Origin: the human T2T-CHM13v2.0 reference genome, Homo sapiens
Length of the DNA stretch: 64,000 nt
Direction: 5' to 3' (one strand)
Assembly: GCF_009914755.1 (NCBI RefSeq)
Contig: NC_060926.1
The notes under the pieces were generated by a model. That model saw nothing but the letters and a program-made list of their open reading frames with translations, was not told the origin of the DNA and did no database searches. Below are positions 43,960 through 63,309 of the stretch, piece after piece (position 1 is the stretch's first letter; each line of letters starts with the position of its first letter). The position numbers and the translations under genes were made by a program.

Positions 43960-44480
43960 TCAAAATTATCTATTGCTTTATAATAAACTCCCCCAAGACT
44001 TAGTGGCTTAAAAAAACCATCATTTTATACCTGATGTATTTTGAGTCAGAAATTCAAGCAGATATTGAATAGGTGATTCGTTTGCTCCATAAACCTTTAA
44101 CTAGAAGGTAATTTGGTGGCATTCAGCCGGTGGCTGGGTTGTGTTGGGGAGTCCAAAACAGTGTAACTCATTTGTCTGGTGTCTTCCTGTGGATGACAAG
44201 GAGGCTGGGCTTAGGTAGGTTCCTTTTCACATACTCTCTCCTGCAGAGTAGTTAAACTCACATGGCTGCTCAGGGATCCAAAAGGGAGCATTTCAGGAAG
44301 CCCAATAGAAGCCCTTCAGCTTTTTATGACAGTCTCAGAAATTCCAAAATGTTATTTGAGTGTATTCCATTGATGAAGCAAGTCACTAAATCCAGTCTAG
44401 ATTAAAGGATTAAGGAATTAGACCCCATTTCTCCATGGGAGGAATGTCAAAGAATTTGCAGCCATCCTTAATCCACTGCA
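43960..44480 (-). mobile_element. MLT1 (MaLR) LTR
   Basis: tattgct...aaactcccccaagacttagtggcttaaaa...aagcaagtcactaa..ccagtctagattaaagg...agaatttgcagccatc. Confidence 0.75.
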
Positions 44481-45412
44481 GCTGAGCTCTGCTTGCTGTG
44501 TCAACTGCTGAGACTATACTCAAGCTGATCCTCTAGAATTTAGTTTCCCAGGAAATTTGTTGCTAACATATTTCAAATTGCACATTTTATAAAGTTTTAC
44601 AGTAAATGTTTTCAAAACTTAATTACCTGATTTGGCAAAATAGGATTCTGTACTTCCCACTAGCTTGCAGCTCATCTCTTAGCGAATTATTAGAGTTAAG
44701 TATATGCTCCACGACTCTCTCCAATCTGGCTTAGAACACTATTTAAATTTTTCTTTTTATCTGCTTCTCCAGGCACAGTTATAACCATGATATTACATCT
44801 TTTGTTGGGAAAGGTCAGAAGTTGTCAGATCCCAGAATGTTAGTACCAGAGATGTGGTAAGACATCAGAGGATATGTAGGAAAGCTGGACTAGAGGCACA
44901 GGAACTACTAACTAGAAACATATTTCTACACCCCAAGCAGGCAGCAGAGTTATTGGATCTAAAGGGCTGGTCAAGGGTTGGTAGCAATGGTTATTTCAGC
45001 AGTAAGCATTATGAGCTGATTGATAATTTATATCTGAATGTCAAAAGGGGGCTCCACAATACCTGTGGCTTTTGGACAACTCTGGGAGTCCCAATAATGA
45101 CTGAGAATGGATTACCCTCCACCCTCATTAACTTGAGGTTTAGAATTAATTTTAAATTGCCTTTAAAAAAATAACGTGGTATTTTTTGCACACCTGAGCT
45201 TGTGGAAAAAATTCACACTGGTCTCAGCTGGAGCCTTAATACTCTGCCAATTCTCTTACACAATACTCTGCCAATTATTTGGTGAAAATGCCCTATCTCA
45301 CCTCACCTCTCACCCCAAGTAGCTATTACAAAGTTCTACCATTCTCAAGGCCCCTACTCTCAATTGATAGCCCTGTTTCCTTCTTCGCAGGAAACTCAAT
45401 ATCTTGTCTATC

Positions 45413-45768
45413 TGATGTGGTTTGCTGTGTCCCCACCCAAATCTCATCTTCAATTGTAGCTCCCATAATTCCCACATTCTGTTGGAGGGACCCTGTGGGA
45501 GGTAGTTGAATCATGGGGGCAGGTCTTTCCCGTGCTGTTCTTGTGATAGTTCGCATGAGATATGATGGTTTTGTAAAGGGGAGTTCCCCTGCACAGGCTC
45601 TCTTGCCTGCTGCCATGTAAGACGTGACTTTGCTTCTCATTCACCTTCAGCCATGATTATGAGTCATCCCCAGCCATGTGGAACTGTGAATCAATTAAAC
45701 CTCTTTCCTTTATAAATTACCCAGTCTTGGGTATGTCTTTATTGGCAGTGTGAGAACAGACGAATACA
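45413..45768 (+). mobile_element. THE1 (B/C-like) solo LTR
   Basis: tgatgtggtttgctgtgtccccacccaaatctcatctt...gtgagaacagacgaataca; 5-bp TSD ctatc/ccatc. Confidence 0.92.
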
Positions 45769-46475
45769 CCATCTGTTCCCTAAATTTACCTATGCCCATG
45801 TGCATTCTTCCCTAATTAGTACATGTCTTCTTCTTTGAGTTTTAGATCAATACATTCAAGTTAAACTCCATAAAAGGCTGAGATAAGAATATAGTAGTGG
45901 GAAGAGGATAACCTACCTTAAATAGAAAAGTCAGGAAAGACTTTAGACAGGTGCAAATTGAGACCTGAAAAAATAAGGACCTAGCCAAAAAACAGCAGAA
46001 GAGTGAATCAGGCAGAGAAAGGCAAAAGCCCTAAAGCTGCAGAGGCGGGTTGTTCTAGGCAATCAAAGACCAGTATGGCTGAAACACCATGGGCAAAAGG
46101 GAAAATGGAAAGAGATGACATTGGAAATATGGATAACACGTAGGTCATACAATGTTTAGGTCATGGTAAGAAGTGTGGATTTTATTTTAAGTACATATCA
46201 CACCAAGATTTATGGGTAATCTTGGTAATCAGAATTTGGGAGGATGCTGGATTGGTTGACTGAGACAAGGAAGTTTGAAGGTAGTAGGGACAGGTTTAAG
46301 GGAAAACAAAGATATCCATTTTGGACATATTGAGTGTCTGTGAGACACCCAAGTGGATATGTCAGTTAAAATTTAAATCTTACATTAGGAAGAGCGTTCA
46401 AAGTCAGCATGTAAATTAAATGCTTGTATGATGCAACTCTACCTAAATAACAGAATATGTGAAAAGAAAAGTTCT

Positions 46476-46769
46476 GGGCTGGGCATGGTGACTCACACCT
46501 GTAATCCCAGTGCTTTGGGCTTAGGTGGGAGGATCACTTGAGGCCAGGAGTTCAAGACCAGCCTGGGCAACATCTGTAGCAACACCCTGTCTTTATTTAA
46601 AAACAAAAATACAAAAATTAGCTGGACATGAACCTGTAGTCCTCGCTACTCAGGAGGCTAAGGTGGGAGGATCACTTAAGCCCAGGAGTTTCAGGCTGCA
46701 GTGAGCTATGATCATGCTACTGCATTCAGCCTGGAAAACAGAGTGAGACTCTGTCTCAAAAAAAAAAAA
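46476..46769 (+). mobile_element. AluJ
   Basis: Diverged dimer with A tail. Confidence 0.9.
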
Positions 46770-46841
46770 GATATTCTGAGTTGGAGATATAAATTTTGGA
46801 CTTATCAGTCTATAGATGGGAATTAAAAGCACTGGTAATAA

Positions 46842-47137
46842 AGCTGGGCACAGTGGCTCACACCTGTAATCTCAGCACTTTGGGCAGCTGAGGTGGGCAG
46901 ATGGCTTGAATCCAGGAGTTTGAGACTAGCCTGGGCAACATGATGAAACCCTGGCTCTACAAAAAATACAAAAGTAGCCAGGCGTGGTGGTGCGTGCTTG
47001 TGGTCCCAGCTACTTGGGAGGCTAAGGCAGGACAATTACCTGAGACCCGGGAAGGGGGAGGCTGCCATGAGCTATGATCGTACCAATGCACTCCAGCCTG
47101 GGCAACACAGATCCTGTCTCAAAAAAAAAAAAAAAAA
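46842..47137 (+). mobile_element. AluJ
   Basis: Dimer; TSD-like ctggtaat on both sides. Confidence 0.9.
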
Positions 47138-49356
47138 GAACTCTGGTAATTAATGAGATTACTTAGGAAGAAAATGTATAAAAAATGTATGAAGAAGAGT
47201 GAGCCTAGAACTGAACTGTAATTTACTTCAGTATTTAGAGAAAAGGTAAAGAAAGATAAACAGACTGAGAAGGAACAGGTAGTGAAGTAGTTGAGAAACC
47301 AAGAGAATATGGTTTCTGCAATTTCTCTGAAGACAGCCAAGAAGAGTGTTCAAGGAAAAAGTCTTTAAGTATTTTAAAAGGTGCTAAGAAGCTGGGCTAA
47401 ATGAAGACACAGACATATCTTTTACATCTGACAGCGTGTACATCGTTGATGACTCTAATAAGAGAAGTGCCAGTGAAGTGATGAGTATAGTAACCAGTCA
47501 GGACTGAGTTGAAGAATTGATAAGAAGTGAGAAATAAAGCTAATTTTCCAGAAGTTTTACTGTGAAAGGATTCATAGAAATGGTGGTAGCTAGAGGATAA
47601 CCAATAGTGAAAGGCTTTAAAAAGCATTCTTTTTAAATGTGGATGGGAAAGAGTGGTGATACAGGACAGGGAAGGCGTAACTGAAAAGATGAAGGGCTTG
47701 AGGAAAGTAGAAGTAGGATCCAGAACACAAATGGTGGGAGAAGGAACACATCCTTCATTGCTAGGGAAGGAAAGAAAAGATGGCATACATAGTTAAGTTT
47801 ACAAATTTTGATAGTGGGAAGATGAGAGTGCTCCTGTCTGATGAATTCCCTCAAATTAAATATAAAATATTGTCATCAGGTGAGTGGGAAGGAAGGTATA
47901 AAATAATTGACTCAAAGTGGAAAACTGCACTTACTTGGTAAATAAAATAATATTTCCAGGTCATGTTAACTGTCTCAATTGAAGTTTATAATTATGAATT
48001 TAGTGTGAAACCTCTCCTAAAGTGCACACAGAAAAACCTCTCCTCTCATGCACACAGAAAATGTATATATAGTAATTTCAGTTGTAGCACTTTGTATTAT
48101 CAAATGACAGAAAACCAAAATGTTCATCAATAGCAACACTGTCTCAATAAATGATACATTTTTGGGGTACTACTACATATTGAAATACCATGTATCTATT
48201 AAAAGAAATAAGTAAATTTGTCTGTGATGATAGAGAAAGAATTCTAGGATATATAATTAAGCGAAAACAATAAAGTGCAGAATAATTCATAAAATACTGC
48301 TCATGTTTATATTAACAATATAGAGAAGAGAGAAGGGAGATATGAATTTGAGGACTTTGAGGAAATTAAATTAACCAAAATCTTCCCTGCTAGAGTTCTG
48401 AACAACTGAGAAAGGAGACAAAGAAATAAGATAGAAGAAGCCAAATTATCACCTTTATTAAGCTGATATATTAATGAATATACTTTACATGTGTGGGCAA
48501 ATGAGTTTCCTAATACCAAACCCCAGAATTAGCACATTCACCCACCCACAGTGCAGCACTGCACCAGGGCAGACCTCTTCCCATCTTGGCACAAGGTCAG
48601 AGGATTACAGAGAAATTTATGGGTTTATTACCCACCTTCAGAGAACAGGTAAAAGGAATGAATTGAGCTAACCATGCCCAGTATATTCTTCCCAAATTTT
48701 CCAATCAGACAAGTTTCTCTACCTCTCCAAGCGGAATGAATAAAGAAGTAAAGCTAGGTATTAACAAAAGAGTCATAATAATCACCCATAGAATTTAAGC
48801 TAGTCAAATAGGAAGGTAGAATAAAGAAGAGGTTGATTGATAATGAAAATCAGTGGGTTAAGGTATTGAGAGTCTGCATTAAATCAACAAATTGTGGCTA
48901 TAGGAGTTCTACAGAAAAAAAAAGCACAAAATAAAAGGATATTAATCAAAAAGTCGAATATTTCAGCCAAGATTTCAGAGATAGTGCAGACTTTGGTTCT
49001 GATAAATTTGGGAAATGGCTATGGGAGTGTGCCCAGAGTGAAATGCAAGAAAAGGTGTTGGAGGTGAGATCAGGGAACTGAGAAAGCAGGTGTAGAATGG
49101 GTTAACTGCAAGGAAAAAATTTTAAGCAGAAGGAGGTGAAACGTGAACTATGAACCAAAAGCTAAAATTTCCAGTGGATGAAAGGGGAGGGAGGACATTA
49201 AATATTAGCAATAAGGGGGGAAGAAGAGGGAATGAATTTTGAGGGAAGAGATAACCTATAGGAAGGTGGCAGTAAAATGGTTTCAAAGCAACAATGGGAC
49301 ACAAAGACATCTATTCCAACTCTTAGCCCTAAGATACTCAGGGGCAGAGAAAAAAC

Positions 49357-54325
<4,969 letters not shown>

Positions 54326-54327
54326 TG

Positions 54328-54635
<308 letters not shown>

Positions 54636-55344
54636 TTAAAAACCCTTATTCCATTGATACCCTTTTCTGAGGAGGTTGGAATCAACCCAACTGAGAGAAT
54701 GAACTGTGGAGATTGCCAGTTGTGTAGAATGAACAGTTTGTCAAGGTGAATCAAATATCTCATAGCTAGTTTGAAAGGAAGGCAGATGTAATCTTGAATG
54801 ATTCACACAAATTCATAAGGTGTTAAAGGCATGAAAATAAATTTTAAAATACTTAAAAAAAAGGTGAAGGAAAAAACCGCTTCGACGTGGGAGGGCTGCA
54901 AGAGAAGCAAGGACATCAGAGCTCAGGGCAACTTCCATTAATGCAAGAAACCTCAGGAAAGAGGTTGAGGTCATACGGTGTTTTGTTGATCGCAGAGTTA
55001 GACATGCTGGGTGGCATTTTGGAGATCATGATGAAAGAATTTGGAAGCTAAGGAAAAGGTAAATAGGGCATTATGCACCTTGTACCCGATTTACAATTCA
55101 CATAGAATCCAACTCCGTGAGTTCTGCAACATGAAGACCCTGGAGGTTGTAATTGGAGGAATATGAGAATAGGCATGTTGAGGATGCTTGGCCCAAATGG
55201 AGATTAACAGAGGTAGAGATGTGAGACAAGATAGAACTATGTCTTACAGTCTCTAAAAGGAGGGTGGGACTTTAACTTTAAGGTATCAATATTTTTGTTT
55301 GTTGATAATGCAGCTTGAGAGCCAGCATTCACGATGGCTTCCCC

Positions 55345-55890
55345 AAGAAGTACTAAATCCTGAGATTCTTAGTTTCTAAATATTTCTCTAGTTAATCCTC
55401 TTTTCCCACTCCCCTCTGTTACTGCCATAGTTCAGGATCTCATTTTCTTTCCCCTGGGGTTTTGCCGAAACCAGAGTCATTATTTGCTATGCCCCCATAC
55501 ACTAAACTCGTTATTTTCCCACAATGTCAATTTAACTGGCATTTTCTACCCATGCCATGCCTTCCTACCCCCACATGCCTTTGTACTTGTTCTCTTCTCC
55601 TGCCTTGTCCTTTCTCTCCTTGTTTTCCAGGTAACAACCAGTCTGATTTCTGCCTTCAGGCCCATTTTGAATACCATTCTGTAAACACTTTTTTGACTAC
55701 TCCCACCACTTTGATTTTACAAACATTACAATTCCTCATCTGTGTCTCTGCTACTTTGCAGAAGTGATTTGTATTTGTTTCCTCAATTATACTATAAATT
55801 CCTTGGGCCAAAAATTATTTCTTATATATGTTTCAGTCCAGTCTTTCATACACAGTAAGTTCTCACTAAGAGTTTGTTGAATAAATAATG
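55345..55890 (+). mobile_element. L2 3' fragment
   Basis: cacagtaagttctcactaagagtttgttgaataaat terminal motif. Confidence 0.6.
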
Positions 55891-57496
55891 TGATGCATCA
55901 AATGACACATCCATTTCTGTTTTTCACCAAAGGGTATCTCTAAATATGTTTCCTCTTTACTTTCTCGTTAACATCAAAGGTAGGTGGTCCCTCAATTCTC
56001 TCTTAAGTTCAATCATAAACAAAGCCCTTACTCCCAGGTTTTTTAATCCAAGTGACTTTATCAGTTCTTTCATTTTCTTATTTATCTCCACACTCTCTCC
56101 TTTTCAATTTGCTTTATATTTTCTGCTGTCAAGTATATCAGGTTTCAGTTATTCATCCACAGGATCACCACCTTGACTCTGCTGCTCCTTATAGATACTT
56201 CATTTGTGCCAGATCTTCCCGCCAAGGCGAGCTGTAAAAGCATCTGTTTATTCTTCTTGTCCATCAGGTAATTGTGAGATTGCACATACAAAAACATGCA
56301 CAGAAACAAAAAGTACAAATCTTAAAGAAGAAAGGAAATATTTTCCTAATATTCAGTAATTTTGAAAGATTGCTGTACAAAAGCTAAGCCAAATTTTAGA
56401 GATTACTATTTATTTGGGCCCATTTAACATTTAGACAAAGGCCATCTTCCTTCTCAAGCTGCGACTAATAAGCTGTAATGAATCTTTGGTCTTCTAGTCA
56501 AACATATAAAATCTAGAGAATGGAGAGTTATTAATTTTTATGATAGACCCTTGAGAACCTGATGAAAGGTATATACAGTCTCACCCCAGGAAAAAACATA
56601 CTGTAATTTTTTAGTTAGTTCAGAGGTTCACAGATCCTGTGAAGCCTAACCATAGATCCAGATGTAAAATCCTCTCATCTAAAAAGTTAGCAGTTATTAG
56701 AGATGGTTTAAAGGTTTCCTTTTTGCTAATTTTTATTTTCTAAGTTTCATAAAACAAAAATTATTTGTGTTAAAATATATATATATATTTTAAAAATAAG
56801 CCCATGCTATATGATATGCATAAAGGATCTTGTAAAATAAATTCATCATGTAGTGAACTTGTCAAAGACTGACAGGTTTTGAATGAGGCATGACTATAAT
56901 ACAAGGCACTTAGTTTTACCATCTGTAAAATGGAGTAATTAATATTAATCAGTCATTATGTCATATAGGTTAATACTTGCAAAATTCTAATAATTGTGAT
57001 TTTTCTATGCTCTCCCTGGGTAGTCTCTCTGTCATTTAGATTGTAATTTTCTTCCCTAGTCTTGAAGCAGATATAATGCCACAGCTGTTTCTTCAGCTAT
57101 TCTGTTTTCTGTGAACAAACACCTGCTTAGACTGTACCTAAGGAGTTATTTGTTTTTTGATAATTAAAGCACTGCTATGGTGATGGCCGACATCTGGATT
57201 CACTTTTAAAGACTTTGTTGTGTTTTTCTGGCTCCTGGGAGACTCATGAAGTATAACGCATTAGATGGAAATGTGGTGATGTGCTTCATTTTGCAACAGC
57301 AGTTTTACTCTCGCTTTGTTATTTCCCTACTGCAATGAGAGAGAGCTGCCACTCTGCTTGTTGCTGCTAAGAGATTAGGGGAGCTGAGCTGAGCTCTAGA
57401 AATTTAATATGCTATATAATGCCTGATTCATTTTGATTCTGGCTTTGACTTGATAAACTCACTTGGGACTGCTATAAAGAATCAATATTGGCCCAC

Positions 57497-57810
57497 TGCC
57501 ACAGTGGCTCATGTCTTAATCCCAGCACTTTGGGGGGCTGAGGTAGGCGGATCACTTGAGGCCAGGAGTTTAAGATCAGCTTGGCCCACATGGTGAAACC
57601 CCATCTCTACTAAAAATACAAAAATTAGCTGGGGGTGGTGGTGCATTCCTGTAATCTCAGCTACTCAGGAGCCTGAGGCACGAGGATTGCATGAACCCGA
57701 GAGGCGGAGGTTGCAGTGAGCTGAGATTGTACCACTGCACTCCAGCCTGGGTGACAGACAAGAGAGGGTGCATAAAAAAAAACAAACAAAAAAAACCCCA
57801 GAAACAAAAT
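57497..57810 (+). mobile_element. AluS
   Basis: Dimer; TSD-like aatcaatat. Confidence 0.9.
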
Positions 57811-58147
57811 AATCAATATCCAGGGATTGAAAATTTGTATACATTTGTATTTGTATAAACTGGTTTTAAGATAATTTCTTTTGGAGGACAAAAAACGTCT
57901 AAGGTCTCCAACTATTTCCAACAGTAATAGAGAAACTTGGCAAAAATATCCCCATATTATGTATAATTTCCTTAAAAGATACATTCTTCAATTTCTGCTC
58001 AATAATAGTTCACTAAACTTTTCTAGAGTTTGTTTTCCAGCATTATGCACCTTTGTTTACAGTGATTATAAATTATATAATTACTCCCTCTACCTTAATA
58101 TTCTTCTTAGCCTGTTACAGGTAACAGTTCTTCAAAGGAAGAAATAT

Positions 58148-58690
58148 GTTTTCAGTCAGGACTCACAGTTGTAAGTAACAGAAGCTAATTCTGGCTGAGT
58201 GAGCAGAAAAGAATTTGTTAAAAGGAGATGGGAAGACTCAGAGAATCAATGGGAGGCTAGAGGAACAGGTATGGAATTAGGCTTCCAGGAACAATGCTTA
58301 AAACTATCCCATAAAACTGGTCCAATGACAAAGTCACCGCCACAACTTATTAATGCCCTACCAAACACTAAATGTAACTGCTGCCACTCCCACTGCCCAG
58401 CAAGGCCACTACTGCACTAGTTGTGGCCTTGCAAGCACTGCCATCCCAAATGTCATATGCCTTTATCAGCAAATTGTTTTCAAAGCAGAATTTTTCCTTT
58501 CTCAAGCTGCTAACTTCCAAATCAGTCTTCTGCAGGCGTGCTGGCCCTAGCTTTGAGAGTCTGGAAAAATTTTCAGAGCTTACCTTGGGGAAGCAACACT
58601 TATATTAAGATTGGAAATTCCCTAAACATAGCAAATATATTCAAAACATCCTGAGCTACCAGAAAATATGAAAATGTTTACTACAGGAGA
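58148..58690 (-). mobile_element. Old MLT1 (K/L/N-like) LTR
   Basis: tcagtcaggact..cagttgtaagtaacagaa...ctggctg..tgagcagaaaagaattt. Confidence 0.6.
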
Positions 58691-58787
58691 AAATCAATTT
58701 TAGTTAAGAGTATATGCTAAGTGTCAGATGCTTTAAATCACATTACTTAATGCTCACAAAAATAGATATTTAACTCTATTTTAGTGA

Positions 58788-59218
<431 letters not shown>

Positions 59219-59280
59219 TATTTTATTTTTTTACAACAGAACTCTAATTTCCACTTCCCAGCTTCTAATGCACATATAAG

Positions 59281-59512
59281 CAGTGGTGTACAAAGTAGTG
59301 GGGCCGTGGGGAGAGTAAAATCATCAGCTCTTGGGAGCAGGCAACCAAAGATGCCTTATGTGGGAGAAAATTTAAAAACAATAGTAAAACAGACTAAAAA
59401 TAGATCTGCTTTTCAATGATAATCATCATGTGATATCAATTCTAAACAATGTCAGCAATAAAATATTCCTTCTTGCTGAGGTGAACTGTTCCCCACTCCT
59501 TGGTAACCAGTA
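59281..59512. mobile_element. MER63A-like hAT MITE
   Basis: cagtggtgtac...aatttaaaaacaatagtaaaac.gactaaaa...tctgctttt...aattctaaacaatgtcag..ataaaata. Confidence 0.6.
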
Positions 59513-60026
59513 CATATAGGAAGCCCCCAAGTTAATTTGCAAGATTTTTCCAAAGAGAAGTTTGTTTAGAACTTGTAATAAAAGTGCCATAAACAGTCTT
59601 ATTTTCCTAGAGTAGACCATAAAGAAGCCATTTAATACATGATGTACTAAGTACCTATCTTTTAACATTGTTTCTAAGAATAAATAAATTCCAATTTTCA
59701 TTTTGGAAGCACATCTCTCCCAATTTTGGCAGTGTGAGAAGGGGCTGTTTATCTTCTAGTAGCATCAGACCCTCTGGTAATATGACAGAACCTCCTGGGA
59801 GAGCTCCTTGGGCAGCAGAGGCTCTCTTGGCAAGATGGCTGTTGCAGATGAGGAGAAAGATGGGTCTTGGTAATTTATACAGTAGAAGAGGAAAGGGCAC
59901 CTCTTTAAACTGGCAAGAGAAAGTAACTATTTAGGTTAATAGGTTTAGAGAGTTTGAGATCTTGAAACATTACTTTGCACCACCACCAAATTATATGCTG
60001 AATTCATTCATAAATAGGGAAACTTG

Positions 60027-60075
60027 GCTGGGCACGGTGGCTCACGCCTGTAATCCCAGCACTTTGGGAGGATCG
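60027..60075 (+). mobile_element. Alu 5' head only (3'-truncated)
   Basis: ggctgggcacggtggctcacgcctgtaatcccagcactttgggagg, then an abrupt switch to L1 sequence. Confidence 0.85.
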
Positions 60076-60094
60076 AAATTATTAAAAGACTACT

Positions 60095-61618
60095 GACTAG
60101 ATCAATGAAACAGAATAGAAAGCCCAGAAATAGACCCACTCAAATATACTCAACTAATCTTTGACAAAGGAGCAAGGGCAATACAATGGAGCAAAGATAG
60201 TTCAACAAATGGTGCTGAAACAACTGTCCATCCACAAGCAAAATAAAAAATAAATGTAGACACAAATTTTACATCTTTCATAAAAACTAACTCAAAATGT
60301 ATCACAGATCTAAATGTAAAATGAAAAGCTATAAAAGTTCCAGTAGAAAACAGGGAAAAATCTAGGTGACCTTGGGTTTGGTGATGTCTTTTTGGATACA
60401 ATACTTAAAGCACAATCCATAAGAGAAAACACTGATAGTTGGACTTCCTTATAATGAAAACTTCTGCTTTGTGAAATTCACTGTTAAGAGAATAAAAAAG
60501 GCTGAGCATGGTGGCTCACGCTTGTACCAGCACTTTGGGGGGCTGAGGTGGGAGGATTGCCTGGGCCCAGTTCAAGACCAGCCTGGGCAACAAAGTGAGA
60601 CCTAGTCATAGAGACAGAGAGAGATAGAGATAGATATAGAGAGAGAGAAGACAAGTTACAGATTAGAAAAAAAATTTGCAAAACATATGTCTGACAAAGG
60701 CCTGATATCCAAAATGATTAAAGAACTCTTAAAAGCTAAGCAGTGAGAAAACAAACAGCCCAATTAACAAATAAACCAAAGATCTAAGCAGACACCTCAC
60801 CAAAGAAAATATTCACATGGAAATAAGCATATAAAAAGACACTCAACATTATACATCATCAGGGAATTACAAAATGAAACGATGAGTTATTATCACACAC
60901 CTATTAGAATGGCCCAAATCCAAAACATTCACAACACCAAATGTTGGTAAGGATGTAGAGCAACAGAGTCTTTCATTTAATGATGGTGAGAATGCAAAAT
61001 GGTATAGCCATTTTGGAAGATAGTTTGAGTTTTTTAGAAAACTAAACATACTTTTACCATTCAATCCAGCAGTTGCACTTTTTGGTATTTACCCAGACGA
61101 CCTAAAAACTTATGTTCAAACAAAAGCCTGCACACAAATGCTTATAACAGCTTTATTCATAATTGCTGAAAACTTGGAGGCAACCAAGATATCCTCCAAT
61201 AAGTGAAAGAATACATTAACTCTGATTCATAAATTCAATGGAATATTATTCAGCAATAAAAAAATGAGCTGTCATGCCAAAAAGGTATGAAGGAAACTTA
61301 AATGCATATTGCTAAGTGAAAGAAGCCAATCTGAAAAGGCTGGTTACTACCTAATTCTATCTGCGTGACATCCTGGAGAAAGTAAACTATGGAGACAGTG
61401 AAAAGATCAGAGGTCTCCAGGGGAGCAATGACTAGGTGGAACAAAGGGGATATTTAGTGTAGTGAAACTATTCAGTATGATACTGTAATGGTGGATTCAT
61501 GGCAGTACACATTTGTCAAAATCCATAGAATGTAAATATTAGATGGTGCAAAAGTAATTGCGGTCTTTGCCATTTTTAATGGCACCAACCTAATACAAAC
61601 AGTGAGCCCTAATGTAAA
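60095..61618 (+). mobile_element. L1MB/MC-like 3' ORF2 and 3'UTR remnant (contains Alu monomer 60500-60650 and MADE1)
   Basis: agatcaatgaaacagaatagaaagcccagaaatagaccc...ttgacaaaggagcaa...atgcatattgctaagtgaaagaagccaatctgaaaaggct. Confidence 0.85.
61539..61593. mobile_element. MADE1 mariner MITE, internally deleted
   Basis: ta-ttagatggtgcaaaagtaattgcgg...gcaccaacctaa-ta (TIRs plus TA TSD). Confidence 0.85.
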
Positions 61619-61677
61619 TCCCCCTGCCTCAACCTCCCAAAATGCCGGGATTACAGGAGTGAGCCACTGCTTCCAGC
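61619..61677 (-). mobile_element. Alu 5' head only
   Basis: cctgcctcaacctcccaaaatgccgggattacaggagtgagccactgc. Confidence 0.8.
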
Positions 61678-61688
61678 TTTCCTAGTTC

Positions 61689-61962
61689 CTTTTTATAGAT
61701 GGAGTTTCACTCTGTCACCCAGGCTAGAGTGCAGTGGCACGATCTCAGCTCACTGCTACCTCCACCCACCAGGCCCACCTCAGCCTCCCGAGTAGCTGGG
61801 ACCACAGACGTATGCCACCATGCCCAACTGATTTTTTAATTTTTTTGGTAGAGACATGATTTCACAATGTTGCCCAGGGTGGTCTTGAACTCCTGAGCTC
61901 AAGCAATCTGCCCGCCTCAGCATCCCAAAGTGCTGGGATTACAGGAGCCACTGTGCCTGGCT
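61689..61962 (-). mobile_element. AluJ
   Basis: Reverse-complement dimer with internal deletion. Confidence 0.88.
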
Positions 61963-62669
61963 TACAAGCTCTTTTTGAGGATTTTCTTTTTCTTTCTGTT
62001 TTTGGTCTATGCCTAGTGGCATTTCTGAGTTGCTGGCTTCTTCAGCTCCAATTCTGCAATATATGACGCAAAAAGAATACCCAAGGTATCACTACCATTT
62101 TGTTCCTTGAGTCCTGAGGTCCCTAGGTGGTCTGCTTTCTCCTCTCTATCTTTCAGAGTCTTCTTCAGTTTGTTTTATAAATAATGTCCAGGGTTTTTAG
62201 TTGTACTTATCAGGAGGAATACAGAAATTCCTATTTATTCCATCTTCTCACAAGCATTTTATGAACTTCCCTATTTCACTAAGGAGTTCTTCAGTAAGAA
62301 TGCTGATGGTATCAGCTCCTAGTTGTGTATGAAAAGATACAGAAAGAAAGAGACAAGAGTTAAAAATGGCCAGTAGTCAAACCAAATATAAAGGGAGTAT
62401 TAAGGGCCCAGGACTTCTTATGTTGGAAAATAAAACTTTCTATCTCCAGTCTCTCCAATTAAAATATAGCCTGGTAGCCACAGATAAGATCAAGGGTATA
62501 AATACAAGATCCTTCATACAGGTCTTTGAAAGAACTAAAGTATAACTATTAGACCTTATCAGCAGGGCAGAGGGGTTTTGGAATTTTAGGGTCATGGTCT
62601 TACAGAAACCTTTTCCCAAAGTAAAAATCTCTATATACAGAAGTATGCTTTATTATTATTATTTGTTTA

Positions 62670-62966
62670 AGAGATGGGATCTCACTATGTTGCCCAAGCT
62701 GGAATGCAGCGGCTATTCACAGGTGCAATCCCGTTACTGATCAGCACTGGAGTTGTGACCTGCTGTTTCTGACCTGGATTGGTTTACCCCTCCTTAGGCA
62801 ACCTGGTGGTCCTCTGCTCCTTGGAGGTTACCATATTGATGCTGAAGTTAGTGCAGACACAAAATTGACATAGCACATTACAGTCCAGAACTCTTGAACT
62901 CAAGTGATCCTCCTGCCTCAGCATCCAGAGCAGCTGGGACTATAGGCACACACCACCATGTCTGGT
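62670..62966 (-). pseudogene. RN7SL717P: Full-length 7SL (SRP RNA) retro-pseudogene
   Basis: The reverse complement contains the S-domain that Alu lacks (GCACTAACTTCAGCATCAATATGGTAACC...GACCACCAGGTTGCCTAAGGAGGGGTAAACC...GTGCTGATCAGTAACGGGATTGCACCTGTGAATAGCC). It has Alu-domain ends, an (AAT)n tail at 62649-62669 and a degraded TSD. The locus number is recalled from context and not verified. Confidence 0.9.
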
Positions 62967-62991
62967 GAGAGGCATGTCTTAAAAACAATTA

Positions 62992-63306
<315 letters not shown>

Positions 63307-63309
63307 TTA

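Larger units (their letters stand above)
45880..47890 (-). mobile_element. Long L2 remnant interrupted by two AluJ
   Basis: ttttggacatattgag...tgagacacccaagtggatatgtcag; tggagatataaattttgga..tatcag. Confidence 0.7.

Noticed and set aside
48008-48061. 26-bp imperfect direct repeat (aaacctctcct....tgcacacagaaaa), and a similar 15-bp repeat at 45238-45276
   Set aside because: Ordinary diverged slippage duplications at repeat edges with no functional cue.
57381-57397. GAGCT x3 resembling immunoglobulin switch pentamers
   Set aside because: Only three units; switch regions span kilobases.
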